From: Trichoplax adhaerens
Taxonomy: Eukaryota > Animalia > Placozoa
NCBI RefSeq assembly: GCF_000150275.1
Contig: NW_002060943.1
Span: 3,802,008-3,866,007 of the forward strand
Length of the DNA stretch: 64,000 nt
Direction: 5' to 3'
The position numbers were made by a program, and so were the translations under genes. Shown here piece after piece: positions 12,068 through 24,706 of this stretch. Within the stretch, counting starts at the first letter, position 1. Each line of letters begins with the position of its first letter. The notes under the pieces are model-generated. The model was not told the origin of the DNA and did not search any database. It worked only from the letters and a program-made list of their open reading frames with translations.

Positions 12068-15000
12068 ATTAGCTATCGTCAATTCTTTAATCAAAATTGT
12101 ATAACTTTAGGCTATACTTTGAAATCCGTTAGAACACGATCTGACCGTTGAGCTAACTCATAAATTCGGTATCTGACTCATTCACTTGCTCTTATTCGAA
12201 AATAAATTAGTTTTATAATTCTAGATTTACTATTATCCTACATATACCTCCTGTAACATAACTATCTGCCGCAATATAAGTAATATGATATAATGATATA
12301 CCTTTACTATACAGATCACGAGTCATAATAATTCGTTTTACTACTACATGGTATCTAAATTGTCCCAAATTTTAAAGACCATTTTAATTATCATGATCTT
12401 AAAGTTGGAAAAAATATAAAGTTCGTTTTAGTTGTCATTACAAATATGAAAATTTTCACTTTTCTGGATGCTGTTAATCTTAGCATTAAGTATCTATCAT
12501 TCTCGCGTTAATCGACATTATTTTACATGCTTGTGCTGATGACGTTTCATAAGAATAATTAAAGTCTAAAGAAATGAATTGAAAGTCAGCTAATTTAATT
12601 TGCTCAACATAGTAATAATTTTCAATTCTACCGTTGTCATCATTATACCCTAAACATACCTTGTCAACATTTAACATTTTTCTTTTTATGTAACAAAGCG
12701 AACACTACACTTTTTGTGCAAGTCATTAATGCTAGGTAGATATAACATCAGGAAGTTTATCAATAATGTACGAGTACATTAGCTGCGCTAATGTTTCATT
12801 AAGTACTTCTGAAGATCAACAGTCAATTTAGGGTATGATTATTTAATGTGTCTACTAGAGTAATATTTCTGAAATTGACCATTAGCATTAGCCTACTTCA
12901 GAAAAATATTTTTAGCTTTTAGGAGGCCCTCTCCTAAAAGCTAATATAGATAAATAATTATTTTAATTTTCACTGTAACATCCTCTACAAGATTATACAT
13001 TTTGCTACGACGGTATTCATAAAAAATAACTTTAAAGACATAATTTGAAGTCCTGATAGTTTTATTCATTCGAAAAGGCAATAGCTTTTAGCTTAACTTA
13101 TCAACCGTGTACCTTACAAGTATCAAAGCAACAGATTAGAGTAAATCGTTGTAAACTACATAGATGGAATTCTTTGATTTCAGTTAATACTTTTAATTTT
13201 TTCGCAAGAGTAATTTTCCCTGTTTATCAATATTAAGAACGTTTATTTTAATACATTTGGCAAAAAAAGGACCTTTAAGATACCATTTTAAGGGCGTCCG
13301 CTTTTTTCTGGCGATATTTTGTTAAACGTGAAGCCCAAAATGTCATTAGTATATATCCGTATACGTGTATTACGAGCAACACTTTAATATTTAACGATTT
13401 TTCATCAGTGATCTAACAGAAATTAATTATTCGTAAATGAATTTATTGTCAAATGAAGAGCCTTCCAAAGTGGAGCATACGTATAGTTGTTGAACCAAAA
13501 TACCGCAACCTTCAGTTTTTAATACCAAACTACAAGCAATTACAGTCTAAAGTTTCTGGGCTTGCCGACTAATTACTGATAACTAGTTATAAATTTACGG
13601 TAATGAAAGTGAAAAAATTGGTGTAATTCATGTTATCATATGAATAATTTAAAATCTCCGTATTCAAATATCCGGAAATTAAGTTCATTTTTTAAATTTT
13701 ATTCTGTATACAAATTTTATTTTTCCTATTTTTTATTGACAAACTCAAGAATCTAATGAACCTGACTACAATTCCTTGGATTGTATTCCTAATAATGGTT
13801 GTACTCAATGAGCCTTACTAACAGTATATTTTCCATCTATTAAATACACAGCAAGAGATTGGCACAACTTGAGATGCTACGTAATATTTCTTTAGGACCA
13901 GGAGAATACTATCCTACTCCAGCAGCCCTATATAGCAATTAGAGTCACAAAAGAGAATAATAAAATTAAAGAATTATGTTAATAGAACAACATTGCAACC
14001 TCTATACGGAAATTTCCGTATCTAACTAAGTCGAAAATAATAACAAATATTTAATTATAGTAGAACGGCGCTATCATTCCTGTGTAAAAGTATTTTTATC
14101 ATCAGGTGCGGGTTAAATTTTACACGACTTAATTTTATTTCTATACCAACCTATATTATCAACTCTTTAAAACTCATTATTCTTAGCGGCTAAAATTTTA
14201 GTATATTTAATGGATCCAGGTAATTAATATATAAGTATGTATTTTATTTTTATCAGATAATAAATTTATTTTGATTCGGTTTTTTTACTTGTCAATGTAT
14301 TAATTTGCTTAGTCTTAATTGGCGATATCTAGAGATCTCAGCTTGCATTTTGTCGTAATTTTATTATAGTCTTTATAATATAAAAACCCCAGCAGCATTC
14401 ATTCTATCTCTGTATGGCTTAAAGTACATCAACATTGTTTTGATAAATCTATAGTCAAGATAGTTTGGGTAAAAATAAACACAAATGCGACTAGTTTAAA
14501 CCTTAAATTCGTTATTATAAATGAGGATTTCATTATGATTTTTTGGCGTCATTCTCAATAAAATTTATAGCACCTCTAAAGTAAACAATGATAGCTACGT
14601 TAGTAAATGACTGTGATTGGTTTTATCGGAACTTAATAAAGAGAATAAATCTCAAGTTCCAGGTAAAAATAAAGTAGTAAAATCATGAATGATTATCAAT
14701 TAAGCTCATTTCAGATTTGTTTAAGATTTCGTGTAAGTGAAAATGCCAACAGATTAACAGAGTTTTAAGCATTAACACAAAATAGACCGTCCGAGTTCAA
14801 ATTTATGGCAGGTTCTTGAATTTTAAAAGTAGATTTAAATTTTATACTTTCTAGATCATTTATGGTAGTATCAGTAGATCTCAATGCAATCTATGAGTAC
14901 ATGCTAATTTCTCTGTTAGCGATATTCGAAGTAATTGGTAGAAAAGTAATATAATTCTGCCTCAGTGTGTTTCATAACTTTCCTACCACAATTGATATTA

Positions 15001-16523
15001 CCTCAGCTACTGTAGCTAAGATGAAAATATTATATAATGGGTTAAATAAGACTGCAATCGTTCAATAAATAGAATGACCTGCAATAGCTTTATATTTGGC
15101 TCCACAAATGTGTAATACCATAACAAAAATTATAAATTGTGACAGTAACGAATTGAAACCAAAAATAGTAAAAAAATACAGTAAATTAGCTCATCCTCTT
15201 GCTAAAGTTGTTATCTGATCGAATGGCGTAGCCTCAGGCTGATTATTATTCTATAAACTTACCTCTTAAGGAAGGAAGCCAGTTGGCTAATAATTTAGCC
15301 GTAAACTGAGTACTAACATGCTAAATACTCTGTTTCTTAACAAACGTATTAATTAATTCTATGACATCGTTAAGTAAATTCCTTGATTTACCTCGAATGA
15401 ATCGCAAACTCAACTCTCTCGCACCAAGTATGGTAAACGACCATATGCTAAGCAGGGAATCATCCAGATTTTAAGCATTTTTATAGATTTAATTTAAACT
15501 TGACTATACGATTATACTTAGTACAGTCAGACTGTTTGCTCGTTTAAATATTATATTATATTGACTACAAATAATAAAATATAATGCTGTACCAACTAAT
15601 CTTTGTAAGTCTTCATTGCCTGATCGCATCCTTAGTGTCTGAGCTCAAAATTTTCTGGTATTGAAACTAGTGCAAACTTAGTTATATTGAGAAAATGGCG
15701 ATCTTGTTTAACGTCTAAAGGATATAAACTGAGTTATTCTTATTAATGTAAATGGCTCTAAGTTCTAATATAGGACTATTTCCTAGCTATGTCATTTACA
15801 TAATGCTACCATCAAATTTATCAGTTTAAAATACGATGCAGTAGAATAACTAGACATAACATATATTCTTACTCATTTGCCATAGACGCCGAGGATTATT
15901 GCCTATCAATTACACTTACCTTAAACATTTACTTATGCTTAATATATCATTTACATTCTGTTAACTAGTACTACGACAATGAATTGTTCGTACACATATT
16001 TTGAAATCAAAGGGTATTCCCAATATTTATTTATTTTATTAAGAGAAAAGAAATTACATGTTGTTACAAATCTTCAATTGAAATTGCTTTTTGCTTCAAG
16101 CATAAGAGCATCTGTATACAATTGTATAATATATTCTTCTATGTCATCTGAATAGCATTTGCTATAATGTTGGATAAAGCTAATATGACTGCCTACTATG
16201 TAAAATTATTGTAAAAAATTGGCCAAAATTAGTAAGAAATGAAAGATCTCAATTTATTTTGATTCAAGAAATGTATTGATGATGTTAAATAAGTTTTAAA
16301 ATCCTTGATATGAGATTAGTTACAGCTCTTTATGGTCTAAAATTCACCATTACGTCGATTATGAGCTATGGTATCCGACTTACTTCATACCTATGCAGTA
16401 TAAGTAAACGGTAAGATAAAATTGATGCTGTATACTATCAATTTTAACCCAATTAGACCAAAATTATGGCATAATTTATATCAAAATGAAAAAAATGGAT
16501 AGCAATAATATTTGATCGGAATG

Positions 16524-17522
16524 TCAAAGATTTCTTTGCAAATGCATAATTCTATTTCTCTTGTAACAAACGGTAGTAATTACTCTATTACGCAATTCAT
16601 GGCTTCTCCAAATATAAATAATTGGATTAGTAGCAGCAGTTGCCAAGAATAAGATGTAGAATATAACCGAAACTTTAAATGGTAGCAAATTGAAAATTTC
16701 AAAATCAGATAGATCTAAAATAGTAAGAACAGTGGTTGGTATCCAACAAAATAAATTTGTGCCTACTATAGTAGCGGTAGTTCGAATTGATTTAATAATA
16801 CTTCTAGCTCTATTTCGATCGCAAGCTAAATTTTTTTGGCAGGCAATATAAAAAATAATACTGTAACAACCGACGACAATAGAAATGACTAAGATTAAAT
16901 GGATTAAGTAAATTGATGCAATAACATCGGATGCCCCAAAAACAAGAGCTTCCTCAGGACTTCCAATAGCAAATCCTTTGCTACAGTTTTCTTCCTCTCG
17001 CTCAATTGCAATAGAAATTATAGAACTGTCTAGCCTACAATAATCTTTATACCCATATCTCCCCAAACCAACATTCTCTAAACCTAACAATGGCACGATA
17101 TAAATTATTAGAGAAAATACCCAAGGAAAAATAATCAATACTTTAACTTTATTCGGTGTCATTAAATTGGGATAACGCAATGGTTGAACAACAATTATGC
17201 AGCGATCGATAGAAATAACGGCTGCAATTGTTAGTGATACTCCATAGAACCATCCAACAAGGAAAGCTTGCGCTTGACATATGGTAGAAGGTACAGACGA
17301 TCCCATAATGATTACTGTTAGAACCATTGGAATAGCCAATAAACCAGTTAATAAATCAGCAGCTGCTAAGTTCCCAATAAAATTGTTATTGATTCGATTT
17401 TGTAAACTAGGATTCTTATACAGAGTAATCAAATAAAACAGATTCCCAACAATAGCTGTAATGGTAATAATAGTCAAAATAATTATACCTATAACGGGTA
17501 TAAAAGACGCTTTACTTTCCAT
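16524..17522 (-). CDS. Class A orphan GPCR, paralog 2 (332 aa from first ATG; ORF track starts at a TTG at 17564)
   Basis: GN, NLAAAD, CQAQAF..SIDRC, W, CWIP, NPIIY motifs. Very short N-terminus and extended ECL2. An upstream exon cannot be excluded. Confidence 0.93.
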   Translation of the reverse strand: MESKASFIPVIGIIILTIITITAIVGNLFYLITLYKNPSLQNRINNNFIGNLAAADLLTGLLAIPMVLTVIIMGSSVPSTICQAQAFLVGWFYGVSLTIAAVISIDRCIIVVQPLRYPNLMTPNKVKVLIIFPWVFSLIIYIVPLLGLENVGLGRYGYKDYCRLDSSIISIAIEREEENCSKGFAIGSPEEALVFGASDVIASIYLIHLILVISIVVGCYSIIFYIACQKNLACDRNRARSIIKSIRTTATIVGTNLFCWIPTTVLTILDLSDFEIFNLLPFKVSVIFYILFLATAATNPIIYIWRSHELRNRVITTVCYKRNRIMHLQRNL

Positions 17523-18349
17523 ATTGCTGTATTTTTTGACGCTATTATTGATAAGACGGACCAAAGTACTAAAATACGAATAGTGATCACCTTTATAAAG
17601 TTACATAAGCAGGAAGATGGATTTTGCTGTCTCTCTGTTATGATAAAATTGATGCAAGGTAAAAATTTTAATCCATAATATTTCATTTAGAATGTAAACG
17701 ATAACATCATTACTTCAAACGATTATGATACTCTCCGAGTCAAATATCTTCAAAAAACTCACAACCAACTATCTACAAAATGGAAAATTCTATCCTCTAG
17801 TAGAGATACTAACTGCGAAAGCTATTTTCAAGTAGGATGATGTGATTAAAATTGCTAATTTAGTAAACTTTCAGCTAAGTATAATAAATAAAAATGAACA
17901 TTTACTAAGATACTATACGGAGTTAATAAAAACAGAAAAGGATAAGGAAAAAGTTTTAGTATTTTTCAGTAGCGTAGCACCAAAGGATTTATTTTACTAT
18001 AATAGATGGATTACATCTATACTCTTAATATATAGTTAAGGGTCTAATTTTTATCTAGCTACAGCAAAAACTATAATATAATTGAAAAGTAAACAGATGT
18101 TTTTTTGAACCATCGATCCAGTAGCCAATAGCCGATTAATTATTAACATCAAACATTGTATTATTGATGCAACCTAAATGAATATATAAACCAGTTTAAA
18201 GCTCTTTAAATAATTATTACAATAGGATAGGAAGTAGAATAAAATCTTCGCAGTGGCTACGTCATTCATTTTACGAATCTTCATCATCTTTACTCTGATA
18301 TATATTTTCAAATCTTGGCTCGATTGCAAAGTACCTTTTAATGTGGGGA

Positions 18350-18976
18350 TGTCACAAAACAGCTTTGCAACAAGATATCTTAATGTACGATCAATAAGTC
18401 AATTCCTTGAACCACGTATCAAGGAACGATATCTGCACTATCACGAACACTTTTGCTCTACTAACAGACTACACAAAGACTTTAATGCCTCGTATTTTAC
18501 GTTAAACACTAAGTTTGAGAATCCACTTTATTGCACGATATACTGCATTTATATAATATTCCTCAATATCCATGAGTTATAGTTGGTACGATTAACTTTG
18601 GAATCATTTACTGAATTAGATATTAATTATAGCTACTGCTCCCTTAATACAGACAACGGTATTTACGAACATAGACATCTGATGAATAATACAGAATAGT
18701 CAGATTACGATATGTCCTATCACGGAACATTTCCACGATAATTTACAATCTACCATAAGTAAGTTATAATCAAAATGATTCAAACTGCAAGTAGATGATT
18801 TGCATTCCCTATTATAACTATTAATTCAATATGTGTATTGTGTCTCGGTCATAAAAAGTCAGTACTATATTAAAACACAGTATATCCAAATTAGAAGTTA
18901 ACTAAATAAGGATAGGCTAACAGAATTATCCTAACATAGATATTTCTACTCTAATACAGTATATAACACTGTCACA
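18350..18976 (-). mobile_element. Solo LTR, family B copy 2 (most diverged B copy)
   Basis: 627 bp, TGTCACA...TGTCACA, perfect TSD GGGGA. Confidence 0.93.
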
Positions 18977-19834
18977 GGGGAGTTTCTTGTCCTTTATCAA
19001 ACAGATAGAAAGTCATTATGGCTGACTTGTGAATTAATATTGCAGTTTATACAGAATAGAAAATATTCTGTAATTTTTATAGTAAAATCATTCTATCTGT
19101 TTTATAGATGATATTTACTTACAAACTGAAAGATAAGTTGGTATTATGAAGATTTAGCAAAAAGTAGATTGGTAATTTTCTTATTTATAAGTATAGTAAT
19201 ACTAGAATTGGATCGAGATCATCAGCCAATTAGTCCTTGTTATAATCCTAATAACTTATCAAAGCCAACTAAACAAAACCATTAAACTATGATCAGCTTT
19301 ACTTTATTTAATCTGTTTGTAATAGGTCGTCAAGGTGATACAGTCAAACAACCACATACCGGTAATTAGATATAAAATCGAAATAAATCTGACAAGGTTG
19401 CATGTCTTATTACGTCAACAAAATCAGAATTTAATTGGTAGATATGTCATTGGTCTTGAAATATTATACATATACAGTCACGATCTAATATACCACATTA
19501 TGACATATAAACTAAATCCTAATGTACTTTCTAGGAATTAATTTTACGTGATATGTTCTAAATCCTACCGCGTCAACATGAAATGATGTTATCGTCACGT
19601 AGTAAAATCGTTTATTTTTAGCATTTCTTTTCTCAATTTTTTCCTTATTTTCTAAATGATGATGACTAAAGCTGTATACCATAATATCCATAGTAAATAA
19701 TAATATCAAAATTATAGCCGGTAATCAATCAGATTCTAGTTTCTATACGATTTCAGACCGATAAGGTAAATGTTTATTTTTGGAAGACCTAACTTACCAA
19801 AGTTATAGTATGGCCAATTATTCGACTAACTTAC

Positions 19835-20276
19835 TGTCACAAACCAGCTTCGTGACAAGGATAACGTAAAACAAATCTCTAAATTACTATAGTCTCCGGG
19901 ATTCAGTATCCCTTAACTACCTCACAAGAATTTAGACGCCTTTGATTCTACGTTAAACTCAACTAGACAATTGAGAACTACTTTATTCAACTATCTGACG
20001 GGCTTATATACCCTTCTACAGCAGCTAACATTCATGAGTCATCTTATAAAAATTCTTAGGTGAGAACATCTACTAACTAATTTTTCACAGTCGGACTACA
20101 ATATGTCCATTCACAGAATCATTTCAGTACACATTACAGCACAGCATTAAATTTACTGTAACACATTTATAATTAGAGTAATTCCTACTGTAAGTAACTA
20201 GTTGTAATATATTATCGCTATATTATATTAACCAAATTTAGATAGCTATTTCTTCACGGTAGTTCGTATCGTGACA
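19835..20276 (-). mobile_element. Solo LTR, family C copy 2
   Basis: 442 bp, TGTCACA...CGTGACA, perfect TSD CTTAC. Confidence 0.93.
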
Positions 20277-20410
20277 CTTACGTGTTCAAAGAGAAATTGA
20301 ATTTCGTAGAGTAAAGGTAAATTTAGCAATGTCTATGGTACATAAGAAATTTTACAATTAGGGATACTCTAGTATAGTATAAATAACCCCGAAATAGTGA
20401 ATGCTAACCT

Positions 20411-21362
20411 GAGTTTTGTAGCTGAGACATATGTTACGATGTAGCTAATATTATAGGCTGATGGAGGTAAAACAATAATGCTGAAATAGGATAGAGAAAT
20501 TTTATAATCCTGATACTTGGTAAGACTACAATAATATTGTAAATACTGAGAAGCTAATTAACGAGTAGTTTAGGAATACTAGATTGTTCTATTTCGTATA
20601 AGCTAAGTTTTGTAGCTGAGACACATGTTACGACATAGCTAATATAGGCTGATGGAGGTTTAATGTAATACTAAAATAAGATAGGAAATTTTACGATCCT
20701 GATACTTGGTAAGGCTATAATAAAATCTTAAATACTGAGAAGCTAATTAAAGAGTACTTTAGGAATATTTGATTGTTCTATTTTGTAAAAGTTAGGTTTT
20801 GTACCTGAGATACATATTACAGCATAGCTAATAGACAGGCTGATAGAGGTTAAATATTAACGCTAAAGTATTAAATTTTAGGTTCCTGATACTTGATAAG
20901 GCTAGAATAAAATTATAAGTGCTGTGAAGTTAATAAACAAGTAGGAATATTAGATTATTCTATTTCGTATAAGTTAAGTGTTTTAGTTGAGACACATCTT
21001 ACGATAAAACTAATATATAGGCTGATGTAGGTTTAATATTAAAGCTAAAATAGGATAGGAGATTTTATGATCCTGATACTTGATAAGGCTACAATATGAT
21101 TGTAAATACTAAATACTATAATGTTAATAAACAAATAGTTTAGGAATCTAAATTGTTGTTTATCATACAAGCTAGGTTTTGTAGCTGAGATACATGTTAC
21201 GGTAAAGCGAATATATATAGACTCATGGAAGCTAAATATTGAAGCTAAAATAGGATAGTAAATTTAATGATCCTGATACGTAGTAAGGCTGTAATACAAT
21301 TGTAAATACTGTGAAGCTAACAGAAAAATAGCTTATAGTTTAGGAATACTAGATCATTTCTT
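20411..21362. repeat. Tandem array, 5 diverged units of about 182-198 bp
   Basis: Anchor (G/C)CTGAGA or its variant GTTGAGA at 20421, 20615, 20804, 20986, 21184. TCCTGATAC and TAGGAAT recur in each unit, AGGCTGAT in four of five. Confidence 0.92.
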
Positions 21363-22177
21363 TCGCAATTCGTAATATATTTGTAGACCACTGCTGTATT
21401 ATTCTGCATACTTAGAACTAGCGTGAATAAGTAAATCGATTATTACAAAGTCATTCCTATTCACGTTTTCAACCCTAAATCATTAAATAAATTCTACAGA
21501 AATGACTATTCAATATTTCTAGTCATTATAGAGACTAATCATGTAAAGGAAAATGGTTCTTAGTATGAGCTAGAGAGCCTTAAAAGTATATAATAGCAAG
21601 ATGGTTCCACCAGCTACGATCTAAGGCGTAGCAAGGATAGTACAATTTGGCGTAAATCAGATATGCGAAGGTGGTCTGACAATTAGCAGTGAAACAGACG
21701 TTATTATCATAAAATGTATTTTAATAATTACAGGTAATCAACTGCTTTTACCCGCCTCAGATTCCGATAAATTTTATGGTGATAATAATTCTATGTAATA
21801 GATGTAGTGGTAAGAGTAATTTTATTGCATCATGTGTTGTTATAGCTACATAAACACTAGCTATTAAAGCTCTTGCTCGATTAGTATCTGCACTAAGTAT
21901 CCTGCATTAAAGTAAACTTTAAATCATCTTCTTTTCGATTCTCCTCAAAAACATTTGTTTGGTATGCTGCAAAGCTGGTAAGAAGTAGTTTAAGTTTATT
22001 ACCAACCTATACAAAACTCATGCTAACTTGTCTTAGTAATAGGTCTATTTAAATTTAAATAATTTTATTCGATTTATCAATTATTGCGTAACTAAAAAGA
22101 ATTTCCACAAGTCTTGAGGTACCATGTATCAAGTTTTCTGTTTCTTAATGACGAAGGTTTAATGGATTCTACAAACC

Positions 22178-22640
22178 TGTCGCAAATCAACTCTACGATA
22201 ACAGAGCTTAAAGCTGAAGTCTGAAAATTTCGTCCTGAATTGCGCATCAGAGTGCTTAATCCGATTAAGAAACTCTTGGAACTCCTATTTCTGATCTTAC
22301 AGATTTACAGGCTTGTATATTGTACACCTTTAACCTTATACCAGACATTAAACTTAACGAGTAAATTAATGCAGGTTACTTATTGAATAGTGTCGCAGCA
22401 CCGATTAAGAATGATGAATTCTTTTTCTGTGATTACCTGTAAAACCTTCCACCTTACTGTAAGACTGCTACCAAGCTTCACTACTTCAATACCTTCGCGA
22501 AGGACCTTAGTCAACAGTAAGAGCCAGTCTAGAAGCTTATAGGTAATATTATAAAGCTAGCTTTATTCAAATGTTGTTCCACTACACAGCTTAAATTACT
22601 CTCCTTGAGTACAAATGCGCTTCCTCACACACTTGTGACA
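22178..22640 (-). mobile_element. Candidate old solo LTR
   Basis: TGTCGCA...TGTGACA inverted ends, 463 bp, minus-strand AATAAA at about 22562. Flanks AAACC/AACTC match only partly and the left boundary is uncertain. Confidence 0.35.
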
Positions 22641-23616
22641 AACTCCCCGTGTGCTATCTGTTAATTATTTCCTCCGTCATATAGCCTTTTCTATACCCAT
22701 GTAATTATATTAATCATTATTGAGTATATGTATGAGTTAATTAATATACTGTATTGTGTACCAATAGTAACTTATTCCAATAAATAACTTAAATCCGCTC
22801 AGTGCCTAATAGATTGCATAAAAGTGTGACAACCGCCATTTTGATTATTGTTCATATTTTGCATAGTACCGAACCTAAATCTACACAGTCATTAATGGAA
22901 ATCCATTAACGGTTGAATATTACAATTTTGCCATAATATTTATAACTGTCTATTTCTAAATCAATTACATTATCACACTTAATATCTTAAACTATTGCAA
23001 ATGGTTAACCTCTCCAGATCAAATGTCGAAATTACGAGCATTTCCTAACGAATTTAGTAGTGTTATTGGACACGGATATCTGACAACGCACTACCGTCAC
23101 ATTATCTATGGATGGAAGAATTCAAATTGTATTCTATAAATTCATACAACACAGTAATAATTATAGCGATTCGTGGGCAAAGTCTGCAAGTATGACTAAT
23201 TACATGGTGAGATATTGCTGTAAAGACGCTCTTATTCAATTTTTTTGCTAACAGAACAAGTTTGCTAAGTACTTGGAAAATAGTATACAAGAAAATCTTA
23301 CCAATTTATAGGTAATAGATTTGCTATAAAGCAATTAAATGTACTATAGTGTTACTGGTCCTCAATAAACGTAACAGCAGTTAATTTCCAGCTGGAGAAA
23401 AGTCTAATTTTATTTTCTGGAGAGCTTTCTTATATAGTCATGCATCAATTTACACATCCGACTGCAAGATTTTACAAGTTTAAGATAAAAACAGCACATC
23501 AGAATCCAGCCTAATTCAGTCATTTCATATAGAATATAATGAGATATCTTTAATAAGGATTAACTATACTTATTACAATCATTTCAAGTTTCGTAAGTGC
23601 TCAGTAAATATCAATT

Positions 23617-23850
23617 AATAATCAAATGACGATATACCATAAGTGAAAAGGCAGTTTTGCTCAAAATGCTAATATGTAGGGGTTAAGTGAAGTAATTGAT
23701 AAATTTCTTAATCTTGTCAATTGTGCAGATTTATGGCATAATATTTTAGTGCCATATAGTCAATAAGAAATGACGATATACCGTAACTGAGAAGAAAGCT
23801 TTACCCAAAATGCTTTTACATAGAAGCAAGTCTGATTTAATTGATAAATC
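23617..23850. repeat. Diverged tandem duplication, about 144 bp period
   Basis: AAATGACGATATACC, CAAAATGCT and AATTGATAAAT each occur twice at the same spacing. Confidence 0.75.
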
Positions 23851-24120
23851 GTTTTAGCATTTTCTTGTTAAAAGGTTTATAATAAGCGGCTATAATTATC
23901 GAACAGAAATTGACAATATCATAATATGACTTCGCTGGTTGCGCATGAGTTAAAACAGATTACTTCTAAGTTATTACGACGTTATTTTAAACTATTACTA
24001 GTGCAAACTCCCGTCGCTTTACTGACGGTTTACGATAATGTGCTCATTTAACAGAGGTTCAGTAACTATCAGATCGCTGACTAACGAACATTATCCTCTT
24101 AGAAATACTTTTTGTAATAT

Positions 24121-24706
24121 GATATATAGCAATCAAAAATAACCGGGACAGGGGAACTATAGTAAGGTAACACTACGAATTGCAAGAGAGCAATAGAACT
24201 AAGAGTACCTACTGATGTGTATCAATCACTTTTCAAATTTCGTTAAGTAACTTTCGTATTAGTATGTTTACCGAATAAGGATGGTTACTATATACAGTAT
24301 AGAAATCAAAAGTAATTGGGACAGGGGAACTACAGTAGGATAACACTACGAATTGCAAGAGAGCAATAGAACTAATAGTACCTACTGATGTGTATCAATC
24401 ACTTCTACCTTCTCAATAATATTTACATAAATCCTAGAGATCATTCATTTCTATACCAATTCAAATTTCGTTAAGTAACTTTCATATTAGTAATCGGGAC
24501 AGGGGAACTACAGTAGGATAACACTACGAATTGTAAGAGAGCAATAGAACTAATAGTACCTACTGATGTGTATCAATCACTTCTACCTTCTCAATAATAT
24601 TTACATAAACCCTACAGATCATTCATTTCTATACCAATTCAAATTTCGTTAAGTAACTTTCGTATTAGTATGTTTACTGAATAAGGATGGTTACTATATA
24701 CGGTAT
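24121..24706. repeat. Recent modular tandem triplication
   Basis: GGGACAGGGGAACTA...GATGTGTATCAATCACTT at 24145, 24318 and 24496, near-identical. Units differ by presence or absence of about 50 bp blocks. Confidence 0.95.

Noticed and set aside
16982-17039. GT-AG intron explaining the long ECL2 of paralog 2
   Set aside because: The candidate is 58 nt, so removal would frameshift, and it lacks a pyrimidine tract.
22650-22831. 182-bp TGTG...TGTGACA segment as a mini element
   Set aside because: Single copy, no clean TSD and no internal signals.
20411-24706. Tandem arrays as CRISPR arrays or repeated coding exons
   Set aside because: Whole units are homologous with no unique spacers, there are no cas genes and the context is eukaryotic. 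In the 190-bp array the TTTGTAG...GTAAG exon-like segment has stops in all frames and the donor is not conserved.
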